Origin: Planctomycetota bacterium
GTDB lineage: Bacteria; Planctomycetota; UBA1135; UBA2386
Reading direction: 5' to 3'
DNA length: 64,000 nt
Assembly (NCBI GenBank): GCA_965228735.1
Contig: OZ245838.1
Span: 4,608,001-4,672,000, forward strand
This document shows positions 10,050 to 19,811 of this stretch, in pieces. Within the stretch, counting starts at the first letter, position 1. The number at the start of each line of letters is the position of its first letter. A program made the translations under genes and the position numbers. A model generated the notes under the pieces. It saw nothing but the letters and a program-made list of their open reading frames with translations. It was not told the origin of the DNA and did no database searches.

Positions 10050-10904
10050 GTGACCGATTCCTTGTTGAGCGACGTGACCACCGACCGGGGCGAGACCTTT
10101 CCGGTCCGCCGGTGGGGAATGCGGGGTCTGCCCATGATTCTGCACCATGCGACCGGCTTCTGTAAGGAAGTATGGGACCCGGTGGCGCGGGAGCTCGCCG
10201 CGGCCCACGTCGTCTACGCGTTCGACGCCCGGGGCCATGGTGACGGGCCGCCCGTCGACGGTGAACTCTCGTGGGAGCGATACTCGGCGGATTTGGCGGA
10301 TGTCTCGCGCGCCATCGCGCGTTGCGCCGGGTTCGAGTCGTTCGCGGGCCTGATCGGCCATTCACTGGGCGGCGTCGCTGGCCTCACGGCGGCTGTCGCT
10401 GAGCCGCAGCTATTCCGCCGACTGCTCCTCGTCGAGCCTGTGCTCATACCCGGTGCTGGTTGCAACGCACGTCAGCGCGGGCGTAGTCCTTTTTCGGTCA
10501 TGACCCGCATGCGACGCGCCAGATTCGATTCCCGTCGCCATGCCCGCGAGGTCTTGTCCGAGACCCCGCCCTACAGCCGGTTCTCCCCGGAGGTCTTCGA
10601 TGCGTATCTAGAGACGTGTTGGCGAGATCTCGACGGCGGTGAAGTCGGACTCAAGTGTTCGCCCGAACTGGAGGCGGCGATCTACGAGTTCGGCCCTACG
10701 AAGGTGCTCGACGGTCTCGATGGGTTTCACGTGCCGACCAGAATCGTGGCGGCTAATAGGGGCGACTTTCTTGCCGCCTATACATCCTTGCGAATTCACC
10801 GTTGGCTCGAGGTCGTCGAGGTCGATAGCAGCCACCTCGTGCCCATGGAGGATCCTCACACGATCGTCGATCTGGCGCGAAGTTGGTTCAAAGCGGGTGG
10901 CTAA
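10050..10904 (+). CDS. Alpha/beta hydrolase
   Basis: HATGF, DARGHG, GHSLGG nucleophile elbow, HLVPME. Confidence 0.88.
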   Translation: MTDSLLSDVTTDRGETFPVRRWGMRGLPMILHHATGFCKEVWDPVARELAAAHVVYAFDARGHGDGPPVDGELSWERYSADLADVSRAIARCAGFESFAGLIGHSLGGVAGLTAAVAEPQLFRRLLLVEPVLIPGAGCNARQRGRSPFSVMTRMRRARFDSRRHAREVLSETPPYSRFSPEVFDAYLETCWRDLDGGEVGLKCSPELEAAIYEFGPTKVLDGLDGFHVPTRIVAANRGDFLAAYTSLRIHRWLEVVEVDSSHLVPMEDPHTIVDLARSWFKAGG

Positions 10905-10957
10905 CCCCTCGCCGGCGGGCGTTGGTGCTGCAGGGCCCCGTTCGTCGAGCGCTGTCA

Positions 10958-11551
10958 CTAACTCGTCTTTGCTGGCGACTTGAGCACCGGGCTCCCTGGC
11001 ATGCGTCGGGCCGGGTTGCCGATCATCGTTACCCCTGGCTCCACGTCCGTGACGATGACGGAGTTGGCGCCGATCACCGCATCGTGCCCCACCGTTACTG
11101 GCCCCGCGATGCAAGCACCCGCATAGATGTCGACCCGATCGCCGATGACCGGTAGGCCGTCGGACTCGGCGTTGCGGCGAGCGATACCGCAGGCGAAGTT
11201 CTGGCGCATCTGAACGTCGTCACCGATCGACTCTGCCATGATGTAGATCCCGCCGTGGTGCCAGATTCGGACTCGGCGGCCCAGCTTGACCGCGTACGGC
11301 ACGTGGGTCGCGAACGCCATGATCATGAAGCGGTTGAGGACCCGGTAGAGGACCGTGAACGGGAATCGCACGAGCTTCGGCAAGCCCATGCGCCAGTTGC
11401 CGAATCGGTGGATCCAGATCGCCCACAGTCCGGGTTGAAGCAGGCCCCGGTCATGGGCGCAGTAGTCCTCCCAGAGCAACCGGAACAACCCGATGCCAGC
11501 CGGGTTCTGGTTGGTCGAGCCGCGGCGCGGTTGAGGATTCGGGGAGTTCAT
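10958..11551 (-). CDS. Hexapeptide-repeat O-acetyltransferase (CysE/WcaB-like)
   Basis: PVIGDRVDIYAGACIAG.VTVG..AVIGANSV..GNPAR left-handed beta-helix repeats; polysaccharide context. Confidence 0.85.
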   Translation of the reverse strand: MNSPNPQPRRGSTNQNPAGIGLFRLLWEDYCAHDRGLLQPGLWAIWIHRFGNWRMGLPKLVRFPFTVLYRVLNRFMIMAFATHVPYAVKLGRRVRIWHHGGIYIMAESIGDDVQMRQNFACGIARRNAESDGLPVIGDRVDIYAGACIAGPVTVGHDAVIGANSVIVTDVEPGVTMIGNPARRMPGSPVLKSPAKTS

Positions 11552-11758
11552 GGGGCCAGGGAACAGTACCTCAGCGGGCGTCAGCGGCCGAGCGGATTGG
11601 CCTTGCCGGGGGATGGCTCGGTCGCCTCGGCATCGGCCAGGTGTCAGATGGCTCCGAGCGGGCCTACCCGTTTTCGAGGCGATGTGCGGGCTTGGATCCT
11701 GTCCCGGCTCATGGTCAGGTTGCGGGTCGAGACCGGGCCTTCGCTTGGTCCCCTACCG

Positions 11759-12721
11759 ATGTCAACCAGATCGAGGAACCCGGAGCCACGGTACTGTCTG
11801 ATTTCGCCGTGCAGAGACGAGGTGGAGTACGTCCGTAAGACGCTGGACTCGGTATTGAACCAGACCTTGCTACCGGCCTGTTGGGTCATCGTGGACGATG
11901 GCTCCACGGACGGCACGGAGAAGATCCTCGCAGAGTACGCGCAACGACATCCGTACATCAGGATTGTCCGGCGAGCGGATCGCGGTCGTCGCCGCGTCGG
12001 ACCTGGAGTCGTCGACGCATTTTACGCGGGCTACGAGACCGTGGACATGAACGACTTCGACTACGTCTGCAAACTGGACGTCGACCTCGACCTGCCGGAA
12101 CGCTACTTCGAGACGCTGATCGCGAAGATGGAGGCCGATCCGAGGATCGGTACCTGCAGCGGCAAGCCCTACTTCCGGTTGGGAGACCGGCTCGTCAGTG
12201 AGGCGTGCGGCGACGAGAATTCAGTCGGGATGACCAAGCTCTTTCGCGTCGAGTGCTTCCGCGACATCGGCGGATTCGTGCGAGAGGTCATGTGGGACGG
12301 CATCGATGGACATCGTTGCCGCATGCTTGGTTGGATCGCGGTCAGCTGGGACGAGCCCGAGCTGCGTTTCGAGCACCTACGCGTCATGGGCTCGAGCGAG
12401 AAGGGCATCTGGACCGGCCGAAAGCGCCACGGCTACGGGCAGTGGTTCATGGGAACGGGGTTGCCGTACATGGTGGCCACGGCGCTGTTCCGCATGAGTC
12501 GGCACCCGTATGTGATCGGCGGACTGGCCATGCTCGCCGGCTACATCGGGGCCATGCTGCGACGATCAGCCCGGTATCCAGATCTCGCGTTTCGGGCATT
12601 CCTTCGCCGATACCAGTGGTCTTGCCTGCTTCGCGGCAAGGGTGCGGCGACCAGGCGCCTCAACGAAGCCAGCGAGCAGGTGTGGCGCGAACGGCAGGCG
12701 AATTCCGTTGCCGATCGATGA
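11759..12721 (+). CDS. Glycosyltransferase family 2
   Basis: ISPCRDE, IVDDGSTDGT, KLDVD; start re-assigned to ATG 11759. Confidence 0.9.
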   Translation: MSTRSRNPEPRYCLISPCRDEVEYVRKTLDSVLNQTLLPACWVIVDDGSTDGTEKILAEYAQRHPYIRIVRRADRGRRRVGPGVVDAFYAGYETVDMNDFDYVCKLDVDLDLPERYFETLIAKMEADPRIGTCSGKPYFRLGDRLVSEACGDENSVGMTKLFRVECFRDIGGFVREVMWDGIDGHRCRMLGWIAVSWDEPELRFEHLRVMGSSEKGIWTGRKRHGYGQWFMGTGLPYMVATALFRMSRHPYVIGGLAMLAGYIGAMLRRSARYPDLAFRAFLRRYQWSCLLRGKGAATRRLNEASEQVWRERQANSVADR

Positions 12722-12743
12722 GCCGGTTGGCCGGTGACACGGG

Positions 12744-13385
12744 TCAGTTCCCCCGCGCGACGGCCAGTGCACGCTTGCGCGATAGCGGCTTCTTGTCGGC
12801 GATCCACTCGAACCCGGCTCGCAGGATCGATCGAATCGATGGCACATTGCGGCGACTGCAGTCGACGTAGGCCGTTCCGCGGTTCGCGAGCTCCGCGTGC
12901 ATGGCGAAGCGATAGAGCTTCGGAGCCACACCGCGGCCGCGGAACGCTGGATACGTCCGGACACGAAAGAACACGATGTCTTCGGGTTCGAGCGGAAGGA
13001 ACCACTCCGCGAAGTACCGCCCCTTCCGGGTGAGCAGCAGTCCGGCCGTTCGGTTGTTGATCGACGCGACGTACAGCGTCGAGTTCTCGCGCAGCTCGCG
13101 CCTGTCTTCGGCCAACGTGGATTCGCCGCCTTCCGCGATGATGGCGCGGCAGACTTCGGCCGGGAGCTCGTCCGCGTTCTCGTACGCACGAAACGAGAGC
13201 TCGGTATCCGTCACCGCCGAGTAGGGGCCCCGATGCGCGAACACGTGGTGCTTGTTGGGCCAAAGGACCCACCAGTAGCCCCGCAGGCGTCGAAGGCCTT
13301 TACCGACCAGGCCGGGCATGCGGTCCAGGCGAGACGGTTCGGGTACGCGCATCGAGCTGGCGGGGGAGACGGAGAGCGAAGTCAT
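12744..13385 (-). CDS. GNAT family N-acetyltransferase
   Basis: TYPAFRGRGVA acetyl-CoA motif and N.PS...I..AGF; start uncertain (13385 chosen, later ATGs possible). Confidence 0.7.
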   Translation of the reverse strand: MTSLSVSPASSMRVPEPSRLDRMPGLVGKGLRRLRGYWWVLWPNKHHVFAHRGPYSAVTDTELSFRAYENADELPAEVCRAIIAEGGESTLAEDRRELRENSTLYVASINNRTAGLLLTRKGRYFAEWFLPLEPEDIVFFRVRTYPAFRGRGVAPKLYRFAMHAELANRGTAYVDCSRRNVPSIRSILRAGFEWIADKKPLSRKRALAVARGN

Positions 13386-13665
13386 GCGGCCGGTCGTGAG
13401 CTGCCAGCGGTAGTCTGGCACGTTCTCGGCGCACGGCCAGCCGATTGTACGAATGGTTCTCTTCTCGAGCACGGGAGACTTGGAGCCGACCTTGCAACAG
13501 TCGAGACGGCAGGGCGTCGGCATCCGTTCGGATGCGTGATCCGCTGATGGCATCGGTGCCTGCCGGCGGCGACCGGAGCGTTTTGGCTGGACTGGGTATC
13601 GTGACCGCTATTGAATCCGGATGGGCTTCGAGTGCCTCGTGGCCGAGGTTGCCGCAAGCCACCAC

Positions 13666-14919
13666 ATGAAGATCAACATCCCGTACGGCCGATCCGCCGT
13701 TCATCCTCTCGAGCTTGACGCGCGGACTCGCATTCAGGTTCTCGAGGCGAACGAAGCGCCGGAGGTCGACGAGGAGCAGGTCATTCAGCACGCGGTTCGG
13801 AATCCGATCGACAGCGAGCCGCTCGAGACCTTTCTCGCGGGGGCGCGGGATGTGCTCGTGATCGTGAACGACGCGACGCGCCCGACCCCGACTGCTCGAA
13901 TCCTCGACTACATCGACAGCTCGCTGCAGCGCGTCGAGCATCGCTTCATCGTGGCGACGGGCGCCCATCGGGCCCCGACCGAGGCGGAGTACCAACGAAT
14001 CTTCGGCGATCGTTACCCGACGATTCGTGGCCGCGTCACTTCGCACGACTCGAAGCGCCGGGAGGACATGGTCGATCTCGGGCACTCATCGAACGGGACT
14101 CCGATCCTCATCAACCGGGCAGCGATCGATGCCGATCGACTCGTGATCATCGGCGGAGTCGTGCCGCACTATTTCGCGGGCTACACCGGCGGCCGCAAGT
14201 CGCTGCTGCCGGGCATCGCGGGGTTCGAGACCATCGAAGCGAACCACCGCCTCGCCTTGCAGTCCTCGGCTCGGGCGCTGGCGCTGCGCGGGAATCCGGT
14301 TCACGAGGACATGGAGGATGCGATTCGCTCGGTCGAGAAACCCGTGTTCTCGATCATGGTCGTGCCGGACAAGAACCACCGGGTGGCTGCTGCAACGGCT
14401 GGCCACATCCATGGATCGTTCGAGCGTGCGGTCGAGAAGAGCAATCGGATCTTCGTCGCGCCGCTGGCCAGGAAAGCCGACATCGTCGTATCCGTCGTCA
14501 AACCGCCGCAGGACATCGACCTCTATCAGGCTCAGAAGGGGATCGAGAACGCGAAGCTCGCATTGAAGGATGGTGGCATCATCATCCTCGTCGCGGAGTG
14601 TGACAACGGCGTTGGTTCGAGCACGTTCGCTGACCTCCTCCGTAGTCGCGAGACGTCCCAAGAGGTCCTCGCAGAGATCGACCGTTCGTTCCGGCTGGGG
14701 TACCAGAAGGCCGGGATGATGGCCGAGATCGATACCTGGGCGAAGATGTGGATCGTGACGGACATCGATCGTGACGAGTTGCAGGGGTTGTTCCTCACCC
14801 CGTTCGGGAGCGTTCAGGAGGCCGTCGACCGCGCTCTCGAGGACAAGGGCCCGGACGCCGAGCTGCTGGTCCTGATGGATGGCGGAATGACGGTTCCGAG
14901 CGTCGGGTCGGGTGCTTGA
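13666..14919 (+). CDS. larA: Nickel-pincer-dependent lactate racemase (LarA) family protein
   Basis: VNDATRPTP, ATGAHR, PHYFAGYTGGRKSLLPG, EANH, DLYQAQK motifs; start ATG 13666 (MKINIPYG). Confidence 0.85.
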   Translation: MKINIPYGRSAVHPLELDARTRIQVLEANEAPEVDEEQVIQHAVRNPIDSEPLETFLAGARDVLVIVNDATRPTPTARILDYIDSSLQRVEHRFIVATGAHRAPTEAEYQRIFGDRYPTIRGRVTSHDSKRREDMVDLGHSSNGTPILINRAAIDADRLVIIGGVVPHYFAGYTGGRKSLLPGIAGFETIEANHRLALQSSARALALRGNPVHEDMEDAIRSVEKPVFSIMVVPDKNHRVAAATAGHIHGSFERAVEKSNRIFVAPLARKADIVVSVVKPPQDIDLYQAQKGIENAKLALKDGGIIILVAECDNGVGSSTFADLLRSRETSQEVLAEIDRSFRLGYQKAGMMAEIDTWAKMWIVTDIDRDELQGLFLTPFGSVQEAVDRALEDKGPDAELLVLMDGGMTVPSVGSGA

Positions 14920-15092
14920 CCGCGCGAGCGCAAGCTGTTGTCGCGCCCCTGTTCCGCGCGGTTGCTCCCGGCAAGGGTCGGTTCAAGGCCGCGATGGGAG
15001 GGGGTCGATAGTGGCTCGCGGGTTGCAGGAGGCGGATGCGGCTGCCGGGACCGGTGCGCCGTTGCCGCGGCAAGTGGAATGAGGCACACGAA

Positions 15093-16325
15093 ATGACGAC
15101 GGCCGCTGTCCGAGAACTGCTGCGGTCGAGCAAGGCGGCTGCCGTTGTGTTCCCGCTGAGCTACAACGGCGTCCTCTTCACGCGGGCGTTGCATGCCGAG
15201 GGCGTCCCCGTCGTGGGCGTCGTGCAGCCGCCCAGGGACTGCTTCTGGTGGACGTGGAGTTGCAGGAAGGTCGTCGTCGACGATCTCTACGGCGAGGACA
15301 CGGTGGCGACCCTGATCGCCCTCGGTGAGATCGCCGACATCAAACCCGTGCTGATCGCTACGTCCGATGAGGGGTTGCTCTTCATCACGAGGCACCGGGA
15401 GCGGCTGGCGCCTTTCTTCCGCATCAACGTTCCACGTGCGGATACCGCGGCACTCCTGATGGACAAGCTGAGTCTGTACGGCTGGGGCAGCGACCGGTTC
15501 GACTTTCCGAAGACGCTCGCGATCCACTCGGACGACGAGCTGGCCCGGGCGGTGAGCGAGGTGACGATGCCGGCGATCATCAAGCCGACCTATCGCGACG
15601 CGAACTGGCCGCCAGAGCTCGACAAGGCAGTGCTGTGCGAAGACACAGCTACGATGGAGGCCTACTATCGCGAGGCCAAGGACCACGCGCCGACCTTCCT
15701 GGTTTCGGAGTACGTCCCGGGCGGTGACGCGAACATCGAAACTTGCCACGTCTACTACGATCGGGGGCGGATGTTGGCGTCGTACACGGACCAGAAGATC
15801 CGGCAGTCGCCGCCACTGACGGGAACCGGCGCGTTCATCTCGTCGTGCCACAACCCCGAGATCCGCGACATCACGAAGCGGTTCTTCGACGCCCACGGGG
15901 ACTACTCGGGCGTCGGCGGGATCGAGTTCAAGAAGGACGAGCGGACGGGCAGCTTCAAGATCATCGAGCCGTTCGTCGGCCGACCGAGCAGTCACTTCTA
16001 CACCGGCCTGGGCGAGGGGTTCAACTTCCCCTATCTCGTCTACTGCCACATCGCCGGGCTCGACGTTCCGGAGTATCAGCAGTCCCGCCGGATCGTCAGT
16101 CAGTTGGACGAAGAGTTCGAGCTGCGCTCGTTCCGGTGGTACCTGCGCCAGGGTGAGATGACGATCTGGGGCTACATCAGAGCCGTTTGCAGCACCCGGG
16201 TCTTCGTGCGCTATTCGCTGCGTGATCCGATCGTCGGGCTGGTGTACACGGCGCAGGTCTTGCGGCGGATCGTCGGGAAGGCGTTCGCGCGCTTGATCGG
16301 CAAACGCGGCAAGGACCCGGCGTGA
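15093..16325 (+). CDS. ATP-grasp carboxylate-amine ligase (D-aspartate ligase-like)
   Basis: ATSDE, MDK, FPKT, IIKP, SEYVPG, K.RQ.P...GT, IEFKKD.R motifs. Confidence 0.75.
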   Translation: MTTAAVRELLRSSKAAAVVFPLSYNGVLFTRALHAEGVPVVGVVQPPRDCFWWTWSCRKVVVDDLYGEDTVATLIALGEIADIKPVLIATSDEGLLFITRHRERLAPFFRINVPRADTAALLMDKLSLYGWGSDRFDFPKTLAIHSDDELARAVSEVTMPAIIKPTYRDANWPPELDKAVLCEDTATMEAYYREAKDHAPTFLVSEYVPGGDANIETCHVYYDRGRMLASYTDQKIRQSPPLTGTGAFISSCHNPEIRDITKRFFDAHGDYSGVGGIEFKKDERTGSFKIIEPFVGRPSSHFYTGLGEGFNFPYLVYCHIAGLDVPEYQQSRRIVSQLDEEFELRSFRWYLRQGEMTIWGYIRAVCSTRVFVRYSLRDPIVGLVYTAQVLRRIVGKAFARLIGKRGKDPA

Positions 16326-17323
16326 CACTCGGCGTCGTGGTGATCGGGCGCAACGAAGGTGAGCGCCTGCGTCGCGCGATCGAGTCGTGTCGTGGTCGAG
16401 GCGCACACGTGCTCTACGTTGATTCCGGATCCACGGACGGCAGCGTGAAGTTGGCGCGAGAGCTGGGCGTTGCCGTACTCGGATTGTGCCCCTCCCGTCC
16501 GTTCTCCGCGGCGCGCGGCCGCAAGGAGGGCTTCGAGTGGTTCGCGGCGAACGGCGTCGATGTCGACCACGTCCAGTTCGTGGACGGCGACTGCTGTCTC
16601 GATCGGGCGTGGCTCGAGTGCGCGACGGGTCATCTGGCCGCCAATGCCGATGTCGGCATAGTCTGCGGCGGCCTCGAGGAAGAGCATCCGGAAGCTTCGG
16701 TGTTCAACCGGATGAACTCGATCCGCTGGCAGGCTGCCGCGCCGGGCGACATCGAGTCGTGTGGTGGAATCTTCATGGTGCGGCGCGCGGTCTACGAGGC
16801 CGCAGGCGGCTTCGACGACCGGTTGATCACGGGGGAAGAGGCGGAGTTCTGTGTTCGCGTGCGGGCGTCCGGAGCACGTATCGTTCGGCTGCCGGCGCCG
16901 ATGGCATCCCACGATTCGAACATGGTGCGCTTCGGGGATTGGTGGAAGCGCGCGGTCTGGGGCGGCTATGGCGATGCCCACAAGCTGCGGGCGCAAGTGG
17001 ACATGGGCGGGGCGAGCGAGGGCTCCGAGTTGCGGAGTGCGCTGCTCTGGGGGGCGGTCGTGCCGGCGGTGGCCGTGCTCGGTGCGGTCGTTGCGCTTTG
17101 GGTGCCCTGGCTCTGGCTGGTACCGCTGTCATGCGTGGCCGGGTACCTGCTGCTCTTCGCCAAGATCGCGGCGCATCGGTTGCGGCAAGGGGACGGATTC
17201 GGGGATGCCGCGGTCTATTCCGCGCTTTGCGTCGTCCGAAAGACGCCGTTCGCGGTCGGTGTCCTGAGGTTCTTCGCCAGTCGTGGCGGGCAGGCGCGGC
17301 CGGACCCCCATGCCCGGGCGTAG
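16322..17323 (+). CDS. Glycosyltransferase family 2
   Basis: VVVIGRNEGERL, YVDSGSTDGS, FVDGD, GEEAEFC; C-terminal TM helices. Confidence 0.9.
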   Translation: MTLGVVVIGRNEGERLRRAIESCRGRGAHVLYVDSGSTDGSVKLARELGVAVLGLCPSRPFSAARGRKEGFEWFAANGVDVDHVQFVDGDCCLDRAWLECATGHLAANADVGIVCGGLEEEHPEASVFNRMNSIRWQAAAPGDIESCGGIFMVRRAVYEAAGGFDDRLITGEEAEFCVRVRASGARIVRLPAPMASHDSNMVRFGDWWKRAVWGGYGDAHKLRAQVDMGGASEGSELRSALLWGAVVPAVAVLGAVVALWVPWLWLVPLSCVAGYLLLFAKIAAHRLRQGDGFGDAAVYSALCVVRKTPFAVGVLRFFASRGGQARPDPHARA

Positions 17324-17555
17324 CGGCCATGGCAACGGGCGAACCGGGCCGGCCCAGCTCGGCGCCGGGCCCGCGAGAAGCCCGGCATGGCGGGGAGGCC
17401 CGGTCGCCGATCGGTCCGCGTGAAGCTATACTGCTCAGCGTCTTGGGCGCCGCGGCCCGATAACCGCATGGACTGCTCACTTCGACCGGCAGCTTCGTTG
17501 CCAGTGCACGTTCGCTGGAGTCACGCGGTCGCTGACAGCTTGGAAGACTGACTGA

Positions 17556-19775
17556 ATGAACTCGCACACGCGGCATCTCGGGCAGGTCGAGCTCGGTGGG
17601 CTCGAGGCCCCGGGCTCGGGCGAACCACCACGGCGCAAGGGCCTGCTCCGGTTTGCCGTCATCCGGTATCGCGGGACCATCGCGATCGGCATGTTCATCG
17701 GTGCCTTGCTCGGATTCCTATACGGGGCCGGCCAGCCCAACACCTACGAGGCGGCTGGCAAGATGTTGTTCCAGACCGGCATGCGTGAGGCCGCGAACGC
17801 CGAGCTTGTCGTGGGGGAGTCGGTGAGTGCGTCCCGCACCGATGCGCAGTCGATCGCGACGGAGATGCAGATCCTCGAGAGCCCGGAGATCTATCAGAAG
17901 GTCCTCGAGACGGTCGGGGTGGAGCGGCTCATCGCGACGCCGGACCCACGGCGAGTCGACACGGAATCGACGCCGTTGCCGGTCGTGTTGTTGCACGAGT
18001 TCCAGGCGTGGCTGCTCGGGATGGGTCAAGGCGACGAAGCCGGCAGGCCCCGGGTCTCGACCAGCGCGGTGCTCTCTGGACTGCAGCGGGCGCTGCGCCC
18101 CGACGCGCTGACGCCGTCGAGTGTCATCGAGGTGTCGTTCGTCGCGGCGGACCCCGTTGTCGCACGCGACGTGGTCAATGCCTACCTCGAGGCTGCCGAG
18201 TCGCACCACCGCAAGGTGTTCAGCTCGAAGGAGCGACTCGAACTCAGTCGCTCGGAGGAACAGACCGCGAGGCGCGAGGTCGATGAGGCCGTGAGCGCCC
18301 TCGAGGAGTTCAATCAGAAGAACGGGATCTACGACCTGGCCGCGCAACGGACCGCGCTGGTCGTTCGCATCAACGAGCAGGAGCGCCTGATACAAGATGC
18401 TCGCACGCAGATGCGCCAGCTCGAGGTTCAGATCGCGTATCTCAAGCTTGCGATTGCTGTGGTCCAGAAGGAGCCGGCGCTGCTGGACAGCGCTCAGCCG
18501 AACCCGGACTACACCCGGATCCAGACCAGCTTGTCCGCGCTCGTGCTGCGCAAGCTGGACATGGAGCGTCGGGTCGCCGAGACGGCGGAGCAGTTCGCCG
18601 CGCGTCAGAAGACCCTCGATGAGAGGATCGCCATCCTCGAGCAGGAGGTGGCGAAGACCTCACCGACCGCGATGCAGCCGAACTTCGCGCGCGCGGAGCG
18701 GCTCGCGGCGTTGCAGGGAAAGCTCGTGGATGCCGAGGGATCGGCCGCCGGCCTCGACAAGGTCGTGGAGGGCAGGACGACGCAGCTCGAGGGACTCCGC
18801 AAGCGTCTGCAAGCCCTGAACGAGAGTGGACCACGCTCGGAGGCCTTGGCGGCCGAAGTGGCGCGCCAACGACAGGTCGCACAGAACCTCGCGGAGCGGC
18901 GGGAGCGCCTCGAGATGATGGGACTGCTGGACGACCAGCGCCTCGGCAACCTGAAGACGGTGGAAGCCGCGGTGACACCGCTAGCGAAGCTGGGGCCGGC
19001 TCGCGGGAAATTCCTGCTGTTCGGTTGCGTGCTGGGCGCGTGTGCTGGCCTGTCGATCGCGTTGTGGCGCAGTCTCACCGACCCCCTCCTCCGCCGGCCG
19101 GGTGAGCTGGCCCAGTTCGGAGGCGAACCCGTCCTGGCGGTCGTTCCGAAGTCGAAGGTCGTCGTTGACCTGGCTGGCATCGTGGCCGGGTCCGTGGGCG
19201 AGGAGTCGCACATCCCCGCACTCATCCACGAGATGCGCGAGAACTTCGCCGGCGGTCAGGGTGTGTCACGCCCACATCGGGTCGCGTTCGTCGGCGGCGG
19301 CGTCGATGTCGAGTGCTCGATGGTGACGCTTGCTGCCGCTCGTGGGCTGGTGGAGAGCGGAGCCAGGGTTCTCGTGGTGGGGGGGGAACGCCTCGTCGAG
19401 GATCTGGGCTCGGAGTCCTCGTCGCCACCTCGGAACGAGGTGGTCGCGACGGCGGAGCCACGCCTCTCGGTCCTGGCGGTCGATCGTGTCGTCGCGCCGG
19501 CCCACGCGCTCGATCGCGTCGAGGCGGAGTTCGACTACGTGTTGCTCGACGTCGGCGATTTCGAGACCAACCCGGCGTTCTCGGCACAGTTGACGAGCGC
19601 GCACTCGCATGTCCTCGTTGTTGCAGGCGGCCGCCTGACGCGACATCAGGTCGAGAAACGACTGCGGACGGTCAAGCGCGTCGGGGGTGAGTACCGGGGC
19701 GCGGTTTTCACTTCCTATGACAGCAGCTACCCGCGGTGGTTGCCCGGTCAGGATCCCGAACTGCAGGCGACGTGA
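17556..19775 (+). CDS. Polysaccharide co-polymerase / chain-length determinant (Wzc/GumC-like) with degenerate kinase domain
   Basis: N-terminal TM, E.QIL.S, long coiled coil, second TM after P..K.GP, C-terminal CpsD-like region (FDYVLLD) without a Walker A. Confidence 0.8.
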   Translation: MNSHTRHLGQVELGGLEAPGSGEPPRRKGLLRFAVIRYRGTIAIGMFIGALLGFLYGAGQPNTYEAAGKMLFQTGMREAANAELVVGESVSASRTDAQSIATEMQILESPEIYQKVLETVGVERLIATPDPRRVDTESTPLPVVLLHEFQAWLLGMGQGDEAGRPRVSTSAVLSGLQRALRPDALTPSSVIEVSFVAADPVVARDVVNAYLEAAESHHRKVFSSKERLELSRSEEQTARREVDEAVSALEEFNQKNGIYDLAAQRTALVVRINEQERLIQDARTQMRQLEVQIAYLKLAIAVVQKEPALLDSAQPNPDYTRIQTSLSALVLRKLDMERRVAETAEQFAARQKTLDERIAILEQEVAKTSPTAMQPNFARAERLAALQGKLVDAEGSAAGLDKVVEGRTTQLEGLRKRLQALNESGPRSEALAAEVARQRQVAQNLAERRERLEMMGLLDDQRLGNLKTVEAAVTPLAKLGPARGKFLLFGCVLGACAGLSIALWRSLTDPLLRRPGELAQFGGEPVLAVVPKSKVVVDLAGIVAGSVGEESHIPALIHEMRENFAGGQGVSRPHRVAFVGGGVDVECSMVTLAAARGLVESGARVLVVGGERLVEDLGSESSSPPRNEVVATAEPRLSVLAVDRVVAPAHALDRVEAEFDYVLLDVGDFETNPAFSAQLTSAHSHVLVVAGGRLTRHQVEKRLRTVKRVGGEYRGAVFTSYDSSYPRWLPGQDPELQAT

Positions 19776-19811
19776 TGCGGGTCGTGCACCGATGACGACC
19801 GGTGGTGCGCG

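Noticed and set aside
10958..11551. cysE serine acetyltransferase for cysteine synthesis
   Set aside because: Lacks the N-terminal helical CysE domain and sits among glycan genes; more likely a polysaccharide O-acetyltransferase
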